From: Chiloscyllium plagiosum
Lineage: Eukaryota
NCBI RefSeq assembly: GCF_004010195.1
Contig: NC_057756.1
Location: 4,980,050-5,027,185, forward strand
Direction: 5' to 3'
Length of the DNA stretch: 47,136 nucleotides
Shown here: one piece after another, positions 11,991-23,999 of the stretch
Position numbering within the stretch: position 1 is the stretch's first letter
Layout: the number at the start of each line of letters is the position of its first letter
Position numbers and translations under genes: made by a program
Notes under the pieces: generated by a model
The model's database searches: none
What the model saw: only the letters and a program-made list of their open reading frames with translations
Told to the model about the DNA's origin: nothing

Positions 11991-12597
11991 GCCAAGGTCA
12001 TATAATCACCTCTCAGCCCTGAGCGTTCTCCCCACCCCCCACCACACCCACACCCAGACCTGACTACCACAATGGCAACCCTCACCTGTACCTTTGTGAC
12101 CACCAGATACGTCCGCTCCACTCTCTCCTAACCTCGGTGAGCCGGAGACCACGCAAAGCTCTGCCATTTCGACTCAAAACGAATCCTGTTCACCCGTCAC
12201 CCACAGCGCCCGCTGCCCCGTGTCAGCTCCTGAGCAGTTTTCAAATTCTCAAATCCTTCCCTGAGCTCAGCTGTCCCCCTTCCTGACCATGCATTCTCCC
12301 TCTCCTGGCCCTATAACCGTCTCAGATCCCTGCACACCACTTCCGGTCTTTGGGAATAATCTTACGCTTCCATCTCCCCATTAGCTGTGTTGGGTCAGTT
12401 TTTTCTCCTTTCCATCCCAAACGTTCGCACTGATTTACCATCTCAGTCACTCCTTCGCCATCCCCCCCTCCCTCTCCAATGGTCACTGCCTTTTGTTTCT
12501 GCTCTGGGCTCCATAACTATCCGCCCAACTCACTCCTCCTCTCTCTGTGTCAACCCCCTATTTTCCAGGCCTTTCCTGTTCCAGAGAAGACTCAAAA

Positions 12598-14100
12598 TGT
12601 GCACACGTGTGGGTGTGTGTGTGCGCGCGTATATGTGTGTGTGTAAGTGTGTATGTGTCTGTATGTGTGTGTGTGAGAGAGTGTCTGTGTGTGTGTATGT
12701 GAGTGTCTGTGCATGTGAGTGTGTCTGTGTGTGTGTCTGTGTGTATGTCTTTGTGTGTGTATGTCTGTGTGTGTGTATTTGTGTGTCTGTGTGTGTGACT
12801 GTGTATGTCTGTGTGTATTTGTGTGTCTGTGTGTGTATATTTGTGTGTCTGTGTGAGTGAGAGTGTGTGTGTGTGGGTGTGGGGTGCTGGGGTTNNNNNN
12901 NNNNNNNNNNNNNNNNNNNNNNNNNNNNNNNNNNNNNNNNNNNNNNNNNNNNNNNNNNNNNNNNNNNNNNNNNNNNNNNNNNNNNNNNNNNNNNNNNNNN
13001 NNNNNNNNNNNNNNNNNNNNNNNNNNNNNNNNNNNNNNNNNNNNNNNNNNNNNNNNNNNNNNNNNNNNNNNNNNNNNNNNNNNNNNNNNNNNNNNNNNNN
13101 NNNNNNNNNNNNNNNNNNNNNNNNNNNNNNNNNNNNNNNNNNNNNNNNNNNNNNNNNNNNNNNNNNNNNNNNNNNNNNNNNNNNNNNNNNNNNNNNNNNN
13201 NNNNNNNNNNNNNNNNNNNNNNNNNNNNNNNNNNNNNNNNNNNNNNNNNNNNNNNNNNNNNNNNNNNNNNNNNNNNNNNNNNNNNNNNNNNNNNNNNNNN
13301 NNNNNNNNNNNNNNNNNNNNNNNNNNNNNNNNNNNNNNNNNNNNNNNNNNNNNNNNNNNNNNNNNNNNNNNNNNNNNNNNNNNNNNNNNNNNNNNNNNNN
13401 NNNNNNNNNNNNNNNNNNNNNNNNNNNNNNNNNNNNNNNNNNNNNNNNNNNNNNNNNNNNNNNNNNNNNNNNNNNNNNNNNNNNNNNNNNNNNNNNNNNN
13501 NNNNNNNNNNNNNNNNNNNNNNNNNNNNNNNNNNNNNNNNNNNNNNNNNNNNNNNNNNNNNNNNNNNNNNNNNNNNNNNNNNNNNNNNNNNNNNNNNNNN
13601 NNNNNNNNNNNNNNNNNNNNNNNNNNNNNNNNNNNNNNNNNNNNNNNNNNNNNNNNNNNNNNNNNNNNNNNNNNNNNNNNNNNNNNNNNNNNNNNNNNNN
13701 NNNNNNNNNNNNNNNNNNNNNNNNNNNNNNNNNNNNNNNNNNNNNNNNNNNNNNNNNNNNNNNNNNNNNNNNNNNNNNNNNNNNNNNNNNNNNNNNNNNN
13801 NNNNNNNNNNNNNNNNNNNNNNNNNGAGTGTGTGTGAGAGAGTGTGAGTGTGTGTGAGAGAGTATGTGTGTGTGAGAGTGAGAGTGTGTGTGAGAGAGTG
13901 TGAGTGTGTGTGAGTGTGTGTGGGAGAGTGTGAGTGTGTATGAGAGTGTGTGTGTGTGTGAGAGAGAGAGTGTGTGTGTTTATGTGTGTGTGTGTGAGAG
14001 AGAGAGAGTATGTGAATGAGAGAGAGTGTGTGTGAGTGAGTGTGTATGAGAGTGTGTGTGTGCTTGAGAGAGTGTGTGTGTGCGTGTCTGTCTCTCTCTC
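12598..14100. repeat. (GT/GA)n compound microsatellite spanning a 931-N assembly gap (12895-13825)
   Basis: Visible low-complexity GT/GA runs on both sides of the gap. Confidence 0.95.
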
Positions 14101-14344
14101 TCCATCTCTTCCTCCACAGATGCTGCATTTTTCCAGCACATTCTGCTTGTCTTTGGGTGTTTGGACTTCCTGCTTTTGATTATTGGGGCTGGGGTATGAG
14201 CTGGAATGTCAAGCTGAGTTTAAAATCAGATCAGCTACTCAGTGGTGAAGTATATTTAAAACGCTACCTGGCCTACTTTGTTTTGTATGTTAGCTTTACT
14301 GCGTTAAGTTGTTAAGCTTTTGGAATTCTGTATTTGAACGTTCT

Positions 14345-16005
14345 AACCAGGACTGGACCTACTCAGTGATTGGTACGTCCCTGGGGAGTGTTACCTAACA
14401 GAGAGACCTGGGTTCAGGTACATAGTTCCTTGAAAGCTGTGTCACAGGTAGACAGGGAGGTGAGGAAGGCGTTTGGCATGCTTGTCTTTATCAGTTGGAT
14501 TATTGAGTACAGGCGTTGGGACATCATGTTATGGCTGTAGAACATATTAGCAAGGCCATATTTGGAGTACTGTGTAGACTTCTGGTCACCCTGTTATTGG
14601 AAGGATGCTATTAAACTAGAAAAGGTGCAAAAAGGATGTCAGCGAGACTGGAGGGTTTGAGCTATAGGGAGAGGATGAATGGGCTGGGGCTGTTTTCCCT
14701 GGAGCGTCAGAGGCTGAGGGATGACCTTGTAGAGGTTTATAAAATCATGAGGGGCATGGATAGGGTAAATACACATGGTCTTTTCCCTGGGGTGGGGGAG
14801 TCCAGAACGAGAGGGCGTAGGTTTAGGGTGAGAGGGGAAAGATATAACAGAGACCTAAGGGGCAACGTTTTCATACACTGGGTGGTACGTTTATGGAATG
14901 AGCTGCCAGAGGATGTAGTGGAGGCTGGTACAATTACAGCATTTAGGAGGTATTTGGATGGGTGTGTGAATAGGAAGGGTTTGGAGGGATATGGGCCAAG
15001 TGCTGGCAAATGGCACTAGTTTTATTTCGGTTTTCTAGTTGGCTTGGAGAGGTTGGACCAAAGGACAGAACCCCTTCATGCCCCTCACCTTCCAACCCAC
15101 CAACCTTTGCATAAATTGCATCATCCGCCAACATTTCCGTCACCTCCAAACAGACCCCACCACCAGGGATATATTTCCCTCCCCACCCCTATGTGCTTTC
15201 CACAAAGACCATTCCTTCTGTGACTACCTGGTCAGGTCCACGACCCCCAACAACCCACCCTCCCATCCTGGCACCCTCCCCTGCCACCGCAGGAACTGCA
15301 AAACCTGCGCCCACACCTCCCCCCTCACCTCTATCCAAGGCCACAAAGAAGCCTTCCACATCCATTAAAGTTTCACCTGCACATCCACCAATATCATTTA
15401 TTGTATCCGTTGCTCCCGATGCAGTCTCCTCTACATTGGGGAGACTGGACACCTCCTAGCAGAGCGCTTTAGGGAACATCTCTGGGACACCCGCANNNNN
15501 NNNNNNNNNNNNNNNNNNNNNNNNNNNNNNNNNNNNNNNNNNNNNNNNNNNNNNNNNNNNNNNNNCCTGTCAATCTTTCTTCCCACCTATCTGCTCCACC
15601 CTCCCCTCCGACCTATCACCTTTACCCCCACCTCCATCCACCTGTTGTTCCCAGCTGCCTTCTCCCTGGCCCCACCCCCCTCCCATTTATCTCTCCACCC
15701 CTGAGGCTCCCAGCCTCATTCCTGAAGAAGGGCCTTTGCCCGAAACATCGATTTTCCTGCACCTCGGATGCTGCCTGACGTACTGTGCTTTTCCAGCACT
15801 GCTCTAATCTAGACTCTAACCTCCAGCATCTGCAGTATCCCCTTCTGCCTAGGTTGGACCAAAGGGTCTGTTTGCATGCTGCGTTACTCCATGAGTCTAA
15901 TCGGAAAGGATTAGAGGGATAGGGGCAAACGTAGGCAAATGGGCAACCTGGTTGGCATGGACATATAGGGCCGAAGGGCGTGTTTTCACGCTGTGTGACT
16001 TTATG
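14345..16005 (+). mobile_element. CR1 3' portion interrupted at 15065-15850 by a PLE
   Basis: ORF 14636-15019 is the CR1 ORF2 C-terminus; the tail resumes after the TSD at 15851. Confidence 0.88.
15065..15850 (+). mobile_element. 5'-truncated Penelope-like element (Neptune-type): Cys linker, GIY-YIG endonuclease and pseudo-LTR
   Basis: PCHRRNCKTCAH linker, then after one stop FTCTSTNIIYCIRCSRCSLLYIGETGHLLAERFREH. Perfect 15-bp TSD aggttggaccaaagg (15050-15064, 15851-15865). Hammerhead motif at 15722-15749 with GTC changed to ATC. Confidence 0.92.
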
Positions 16006-16426
16006 TCTTGCTGGGACTTTAATCTGTGGGAAGGCATTTCCTCTCCCCTTTGAGACACATCATTTAGTTTCACTTGGCATGCGATTTCGCGAACACTTTC
16101 TGAGCCTGTAGCTGATTAAGCCTCTCCTGTCTTTCTGTTGTGTAACTTGCCAGACCTCAATCACGTATCTATGTAGATAATTCTCCCGTGATTAATATAC
16201 ATGACCGGAAATATCAATTATCTGCCTGCACAACATTGCACTGCCTGTCGTTATAAGCAGAGACCCAGCCTATCTGCTTGAAGGGTGTTGGCACTTCCAG
16301 TGAAAAATAACAATTCAAATATGTGACAACCATAACGTCACCAAACTGAAACTAATCAATGGCTTTTGTGTCATAACTACTTGGATGGCAATTAACGAAA
16401 CAGGTTCTGGGTCACTTTTTAGGGAG

Positions 16427-17265
16427 GTCATAGAGTCATAGAGATGTACAACACGGAAACAGACCCTTCGGTCCAACCCGTCCATGTCAACCAGATATCC
16501 CAACCCAATCTAGTCCCACCTGCCAGCACCCGGCCCAAATCCCTCCAAACCCTTCCTGTTCATCTCCCCATCCAGATGCCTTTTAAATGCTGTAATTGTA
16601 CCAGCCTCCACCACTTCCTCTGGCAGCTCATTCCATACCCGCACCACCCTCTGTGTGAAAAAGTTACACGTTAGGTCTCTTTTATATCTTTCCCCTCTCA
16701 CCCTAAACCTATGCCCTCTAGTTNNNNNNNNNNNNNNNNNNNNNNNNNNNNNNNNNNNNNNNNNNCCATGCCCCTCATGATTTTATAAACCTCTATAAGG
16801 TCACCCCTCAGCCTCTGACGCTCCAGGGAAAACAGCCCCAGCGTGTTCACCTTCTCCTTATAGCTCAAATCCTCCAACCCTGGCAATATCCTTGTAAAAT
16901 CTTTATGAGTCCTTTCAAGTTTCACAACACCTTTCCGATAGGAAGGAGACCAGAATTGCACGCAATATCCCAACAGTGGCCGAACCAATGTCCTGTACAG
17001 CCGCAACATGGCCCCCCCAACTCCTGTACTCAATACTCTGACCAATAAAGGAAAGCATACCAAATACCTTCTTCACTATCCTATCTACCTGCGACTCCAC
17101 TTTCAAGGAGCAATGAACCTGCACTCCAAGGTCTCTTTGTTCAGCCACACTCCCTCGGACCCTCCCATTAAGTGTATAAGTCCTGCCCTGATTTGCTTTC
17201 CCAAAATGCAGCAGCTCGCATTTATCTGAATTAAACTCCATCTGCCACTTCTCAACCCATTGGCC
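16427..17265 (-). mobile_element. 5'-truncated CR1/HER1-type LINE
   Basis: WQMEFNSDKCELLHFGK...LYRTLVRPLLGYCVQFWSP...; tail ends in (catagagt) repeats. Confidence 0.92.
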
Positions 17266-17459
17266 CTGTCGGGCTAAGTGCAGAAGTTCAGTCAAGTTTG
17301 TCTGAAAGAAGGTGCATTTTGAGGAAGGAGAGAAGGTTCAGGCCAGTTGTGAATAAATTCAGCCTCTAAGCATTCGGATTGAAGAATTGCTATTCATATC
17401 TGCCCTGGCCAGCAGCAGCAGTGCGTACAACCCAAAAGCCCCATTCACCAAGGCTCACG

Positions 17460-17855
17460 GAGTCACAGCGTCGTACAGCAGGAAAACAGACCCTTCCATC
17501 CAACTCCTCCACGGCTACCACACATCCCAATCTGACCTGGCTCCATTTGCCAGCGTTTGGCCATCTAAACCCTTCCGGTTCTGATACCCATCCAGATGCG
17601 TTGTACATTGTAGCAGCCTCCACCAGATCCTCTGGCAGCTCGTTCCGTACACACACACACACACCACCTTCTGCGTGAAACGTTTACACCTCAGGGCCCT
17701 TTTAAATCTTTCTCCTCTCACCTTATACCTATCATTGTCAGTTTTGGAGACACCCCTCCTTAGCTGTTTATCCTACCCATGCCCTTCGTGATTCTATAAA
17801 CCATGATAAAGTGACCTCTCAGTCTCCGACTCTTCAGGGAAGAAATGCCCCAGTC
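17460..17855 (-). mobile_element. Degenerate CR1 3' end
   Basis: RNELPEDLVEAA; continues at about 18710-18760 after the SINE. Confidence 0.75.
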
Positions 17856-17857
17856 TA

Positions 17858-18700
17858 TACGGTGGCTCAGTGGTTAGCGCTGCTGCCTCACAGCACCAGG
17901 GTCCCAGGTTCGATTCCAGCCTCAGGCGACTGTCTGTGTGGAGTTTGCACATTCTCCCTGTGTCTGCGTGGGTTTCCTCCAGGTGCTCCGGTTTCCTCCC
18001 ACAGTCCAAAGATTTGCAGGTCAGGGTGGATTGGCCGTGCTAAATTGTCCCATAGTGTCCAGGGATGTGTAGGTTAGCGTGGATTGGCCATGCTAAATTG
18101 TCCCATAGTGTTCAGGGATGTGTAGGTTAGGGTGGATTGGCCATGTTAAATTATAGAGAGAAAGTGAGGACTGCAGATGCTGGAGATCAGAGCTGAAAAT
18201 GTGTTGCTGGAAAAGCGCAGCAGGTCAGGCAGCATCCAAGGAAGGAAAATCGACATTTCGGGCATAAGCCCTTCTTCAGGAAGGGCTTCTTTCCTGAAGA
18301 AGGGCTTATGCCTGAAACGTCGATTCTCCTTCCTTGGATGCTGCCTGACCTGCTGCGCTTTTCCAGCAACACATTTTCAGCATGTTAAATTATACCATAG
18401 TGTTCAGGGATGTGTAGGTTAGGGTGGATTGGCCATGCTAAATTGTCCCATAGTGTCCAGGGATGTGCAGATTAGGGTGGATTGACCATGTTAAATTATA
18501 TCATAGTGTTCAGGGATGTGCAGATCAGGGTGGATTGGCCATGCTAAATTACCCATCGTGTTCAGGGATGTATAGGTTAGATGCATTAGTAAGGCGCAAA
18601 TATAGGGTAGTGGAATAGGTCTGGGTGGGTTACTCTTTGTTGGGTCGGTGTGGACCTGTTGGGCCGAAGGGCCTGTTTCCGTACTGTAGGGATTCTAATT
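17858..18700 (+). mobile_element. HE1-type SINE with expanded 53-bp internal array, interrupted by palindromic PLE P2
   Basis: tRNA-like head at 17858-17925, repeated ggattggccatgctaaatt units, tail gggccgaagggcctgtttcc. Confidence 0.9.
18156..18380. mobile_element. Palindromic non-autonomous PLE insertion (P2) with a hammerhead motif on each strand
   Basis: Near-perfect inverted arms around 18283-18290; exact 14-bp TSD catgttaaattata (18142-18155, 18381-18394). Motifs at 18252-18279 (-) and 18294-18321 (+). Confidence 0.9.
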
Positions 18701-18914
18701 TTATTCAGATTCCTCCCTGCAGCTCAAACCCTCCAGTCCCAGCAACATCCTTGTCAAACTTCTCCAGTGCCTACCAAAGCTGTGATTTCTACTCTTAAGA
18801 AGACCAAGAGCTGGGAACACCACTGCCTGTCATCTCTGGTGCATTCAGGCTTGGAATGATGTTGACAGTTCTTTCATTGCGTCCAGTAATGGAGGGTGAC
18901 TCTCTACGACCTTT

Positions 18915-19335
18915 ACATAGAACATAGAGATGTACAGCACGTAGAGATGTGGGCCCTTTGACCTACAATGTTATGCCCAACATGATGCCAAATTGAACTA
19001 ATCCCTTCTGACCGCCCCTGGTCCATATCCCTCCATTCCTTGCATATCCATCTGCTTATCTAAAAGCATCTTAAACGCCCCTATCATCTACGCCTCTGCC
19101 ATCATTCTTGGCAACGTGTCCCACACTCCGACTACCCTCTGTGTAAAAAGTCCTGCCCCCTCACATCTCCTTTGAACTTTCACCTTAAACGAATGCCCCC
19201 TAATATTAGACATTTCAACTCGAGCCCCCTAACCCAGGCAGCGTCCTGGGAAACCCTCTTCTCCTCCCTCTCCAAAGCCTCCGCATCTTTCCTGTGATGT
19301 GGCGACCAGCATTGAACGGTGTACTCCAGGTGAGG
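18915..19335 (-). mobile_element. CR1-family 3' fragments
   Basis: (atagaac) tail; VRPHLEYTVQCWSPHHRKD. Confidence 0.75.
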
Positions 19336-19719
19336 CCGAACCGAAACGTGCGACTTCGACCTGTTGAGGAGAGCAAAGCCTCTCTTGGGGCAATGAGGGA
19401 TGGGCAATAAATACTGGCCCAGCCAGGGGATGCCCACATCGCGCGGTCACGGTGAATGAAAAGTCAGTCTTCCTGCCCTGGAAACTTTAATCACAGCGCT
19501 GTAATATCTGCAATTCCAGCAAACGTAGCCCCTGTGTCATTGGGGCCCAGCATTGGTCTCCTCTCAGTAAATCAGACTCCCTCCAAGATGAGCATCATCC
19601 CCTTAGGCAGGGTGTACAGAGCTGCCTACAATATCCTGCTGTGCTCTAACCTGGGCTTTCTGTAACTGACATGCCATCGCCTCGCTGACTACTCCAGTCA
19701 TAAGGCTCCTGTTCTCTAT

Positions 19720-20135
19720 TTACTGGCTCACTCTCTCTCTCTCTCGCTCTCTCTCTCTCTGCTGGCTCTATTGCCCTCCCCTCTCTCTCTCTCGCTCTCT
19801 CTCTCTCTGCTGGCTCTGTCACTCTCACTTTCTCTCTATTCTTTTTTGACTGTGTTTCAAGAGGGTTTGCTTATTGGTACTGTTGTGTATATTTGGAACA
19901 TCATAATTAAGTCTAGTTTGGTAAGATATAGTTCTAAAATGATTTTTTATTCTGTTTTTTGTGTTTCATTGTGTAATCTTGTGAATACATTTTTGTCTGT
20001 TTTAAAACCTGGTGATCAACTTAGCTACCTCATTCTGGGTAATTTTCCCTGTACACTTACCAAAACAAATTGCAAAATTATGGCCTGGGCTGCCTGCTTA
20101 AGAATGTTTTGAGTGGTCTAGCCTAGTCCATAACA
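19720..20135 (+). mobile_element. Probable LTR relic (3' part) with CT-rich segment
   Basis: AT-rich body ending ...gtccataACA at a sharp junction with a LINE, resembling a TG...CA LTR end; 5' end not defined. Confidence 0.5.
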
Positions 20136-23100
20136 CCCCTTAATTCTGAGACTATGCCCTCTGGTTTTAAACTCTTCCATGAGGGGAAACATCTTCGCAG
20201 CATTTACCCAGTGAAGCCCCTTAAGAATCTGATATGTTTCAATGAGATCACCTTTCGTTCTTCTAAACTCCAACGAGTAGACTCCAAACCTGTTTAACCT
20301 TACATTGGTAGATGAGTTGCACTTGGAGTCCCAGAAGGCATTCATCAAGATACTTTCCAAGAGGTTAAGTCATAAGAGAAGAACCCACAGAGCTGGAGAT
20401 AGTATATTGGCATGGATAGGAAATCGGCAGGAAACAGCAAGTGGGGATTAGAGGTTCTTTTACAGATGGGAGACCTGTGACCAATGGGGTTCCATAGAGA
20501 TCATCTTACTGCACCTCCATACCAGGGATCATCTTACTGCACCTCCTCTGAAATGTCTCCAACGAAATAACATCTTTCTTAAATAAAGGGACCAAAACTC
20601 CCCACAGTACTCCAGATGTGGTCTCACCAGTACTGTGTACAGTTGCAGTATGATTTCCCTTCTCTTATACTCCAAACCCCTTGAAATAAGGTCCAATATT
20701 TAATTGACCTTCCTGATTACTTGCTGCACCTGTGTGCTAACTTTCTGTATTTCATGCACAAGTACTCTGAAGTCCCTTTGTGTTTTTAGTTGTCTGCAGC
20801 TTTTCCTAATTTCAATAATATTCTGTATATTGTTCTGCCTTCCAAAATGAACAACTTCACATTATCCCCCATTTGGCAAATTTTGATTAGATTTGATTCC
20901 CCACAGTGTGAAAACAGGCTCTTCGGCCCAACAAGTCCATACCAACCCTCCAAGGAGTAACCCACCCAGACCCATTTCACCTCTGACTAATGCACCTAAC
21001 ACTATGGGTAATTTAGCATAGCCAATTCACCTCACCTGCACATCTTTGGGCTGTGGGAGGAAACCAGAGCAAACCCACACAGACACAGGGAGAATGCAAA
21101 CTCCACACAGAAAGTCACCCAAGGCTGGAATTGAACCTGGGACCCTGGTGCTGTGAGGCAGCAGTGCTAACCACTGAGCCACCATGCCACCCAACTTTTT
21201 GCCCACTAACTCAATCTATCTCTCTGTAAAGTGTTTGTATTCCTCTCACAACCTGCCTTTCCACCTATGTTTGTGTCATCTGGAAATTTAGCTCCATATA
21301 TTCACTTCCTTCCTTCACATCATTAATATATTGTAAACAGTTGCGATGATCCCTTTGGAACCCCATTGGTCACACGTCTCCCATCTGTAAAAGAACCTCT
21401 AATCCCCACTTGCTGTTTCCTGCCCATGAGCCGATTTCCTATCCATGCCAATATACTACCTCCAGCACTGTGGGTTCTTCTCTTATGACTTAACCTCTTG
21501 GAAAGTACCTTGATGAATGCCTTCAGGGACTCCAAGTGCAACTCATCTACCAATGTCCCTCTATCCCATCTGGTTGAGACTGCTTCGAAAAGCTCTAATG
21601 AATTAGTCAATTCCCTTTCATGAAGCTATGCTGGCTCTGTTTGTTTAGATTAGATTTTTCATTTGCTCTGCTATTGCTTCCCTAATAATTAATTCCAATA
21701 CTTTTCCAACAGTAGATGTTAGGCTAATTGGCCTATAGTTACCTGCTTTATGCCTGCCTCCCTTTTTGATTAGGGGTGGCACATTAGCAGTTTTCCAGTC
21801 CACTGGTGCTTCTGCAGAATCCAATGATTTTTGGAAAATTACAACCAATGCATCCACCATTCCTGTAGCTACTTCTTTTAGGATCCTAGGATGGAAGCCA
21901 TCATGCCTTTAGCCCCATTGGTTTACCTACAACTGCTTCTTTAGTGATTATATTTAATTCCTCTGCTGTATTCTTTAATATTAAAGGAACAGTCAAAGTA
22001 TCCTCCACCATAAAGACTGACTCAAAATATCTCTTTAACTCCTCTGTTCCCTCAATATGTATTCCCAGGTACATTTTCTAAAGAATTTATGTTCACTTTC
22101 ACCCCTCTCTTTCTTTTCATATATTTAAAGAAGCTCTTAGTGTCAGTTTCTTTATTCCTCACTAGTTTGCTCTCGTCTGCTCAGTCTTTATTATCTTTTT
22201 AGTCCTCCTTTGCTGGATTCTGAAACTATTCCAGTCTTTGGGGCTATCACTGACTTTGACCTCCTTATATGCTTTTTGGTTCAACTTAATGTTCTCCTTA
22301 ACTTCCTTGGTTAATCATGGTGGTTTATCCCTCTCTCACCGGGAATATTTTTGCTGAGAGTCATGACTTACTTCCTTCGAAGGGCTACTGCCTGAAGGGC
22401 TACTGTCAACTTTCCTGCTCCTTGGATGCTGCCTGACCTGCTGTGCTTTTGCTAGTGCCGCACTTTTCTACTCTTACCTTGTTAAATGTTTGCCACTGCT
22501 AGCTTACTGTCATCCCTGCAAAACTAACTGCCCAGTTCACTTTGGATAAATCTATCTGCATTTCATTGTGATTCCCTTTATTTAAGTTAATCATATTGGT
22601 TTCTGACCCAGGTTTCTCACTCTTGAACTGAACCTTGAATTCTATCATGTTATGATCACTGCTTCTTAGAGGATATTTTACTCAGAGATCATTTATTAAA
22701 CCTTACCCATTCAATACAGCCTGCTCTGTGATTGGTCCATGATATTTGATGTGGGAAACTCTCCCTAATGCACTCCGAGTCATTATTGTAGCTACGCTTT
22801 CCAATTTCATTAATCCAATCGACATGAAGATTAAAGTCACCTATAATTTTTGCTCTTTTCTTTTTACATGTTCCTGTTATTTATTGATTTGTAAGCATTC
22901 CCATAGAATGGCTACTCTTGGATCTATACACCATTCCTACCAATGTTTTCTTTTCCTTGCTGTTTTTTTAACCTGGGCCCAAATGATCTGTATGTCATCT
23001 GAGCCTAAGTCATCTCTCACAAATGTCCTCATTTCATTTCTTATTAACAGTGCTACTCCACCAACCCTTCCTTCCCTCCTCTGTCTCTGAAAGGTCAAAT

Positions 23101-23140
23101 TTCCCTTAATGTTAAGTCCTCAGTTATGGTCTACTTGTAA
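20136..23140 (-). mobile_element. Long decayed CR1 LINE ORF2 (endonuclease to RT), with nested SINE (about 20885-21192, -), PLE fragment (about 22378-22475) and inverted duplication
   Basis: VDWKTANVPPLIKKGGRHKAGNYRPISLTSTVGKVLE (21645-21860); ILAWIGNRLMGRKQQVGIRGSF...VTNGVPKGS (21323-21610). Confidence 0.88.
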
Positions 23141-23144
23141 CAGA

Positions 23145-23500
23145 CGCTCTCTCACACACACGCATTCTCTCATTCACACACACATTCTCTCTCTCACACA
23201 CACACATTCTCTCCCTCACACGCACACAGTCTCCCTCTCCCTCTCTCACTCTCACTCTCTCACCATACACACACTCTCCTTCGCTCCCTCACAAACGCTC
23301 ATTCTTTCTCTCTCACACACACACACTCTCTCACTCTTACTCTCTTGCTCACACACACTCTCGCTCACACACTCAAACACGTCACACACACATCCCTCAC
23401 AAACGCTCATTCTTTCTCTCTCACACACACACACTCTCTCACTCTTACTCTCTTGCTCACACACACTCTCGCTCACACACTCAAACACGTGCACACACAC
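23145..23500. repeat. (CA/CT)n compound microsatellite containing a 108-bp tandem duplication
   Basis: ccctcacaaacgctcattc... recurs at 23286 and 23394. Confidence 0.9.
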
Positions 23501-23988
23501 ATATGAGTTTATCTTGCATTTGCAGAATTATATTTGCAGATACATTTCATCTTGTTCAAAAAGCACACAATCTGGAGGCAGTCAGGCAATGGGACATTGC
23601 AACAATTCTTACTGGGAAACAGGACCAGTCTGTTTGGAACACAGACAGACTCTAACCTTACAACTTTAATGCATTGTCTGAGCTGAGATGGCACCTTTTT
23701 TTAAAAATAAAACCTTAAGTTATCTCGGGAATGTAACTTGAAAGAAGTTCTGGAATTTACATATAAATGCCTCAAACCCACATCCCCATTCTAAGTGATT
23801 AAAGACTTGACAGCATTCTAGGTTTGTTCAATACATTGCATCAGTTGTGTGACATGATCTTTTATGATAAATTCTGTGTCCTATGATCCTGCCCCACTAG
23901 CTACCTGATGAAGGAGCAGCGCTCCGAAAGCCAGTACTTCCCAAGTAAGTCTGTTGGACTTTAACCTGGTGTTGTGTGCTTTTGAACG
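23500..23988 (+). mobile_element. PLE pseudo-LTR of a third family with a hammerhead motif at 23905-23933
   Basis: CTGATGA A GGAGC AGC GCTCC GAAA GCCA (cleavage triplet altered), followed by ctgttggactttaacctggtgttgtg terminus. Confidence 0.7.
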
Positions 23989-23999
23989 TAGGTTATAAG

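Noticed and set aside
12387..14315. Long ORFs of 157-532 aa (His/Thr- or Cys/Val-rich)
   Set aside because: They are translations of a GT/CA microsatellite and an N gap.
18156..18380. Interpretation of the palindromes as DNA-transposon MITEs or pre-miRNAs
   Set aside because: Arms are asymmetric, match the retroelement terminus at 15065-15850 and have variable 9-15 bp TSDs; small-RNA production cannot be excluded but has no support here.
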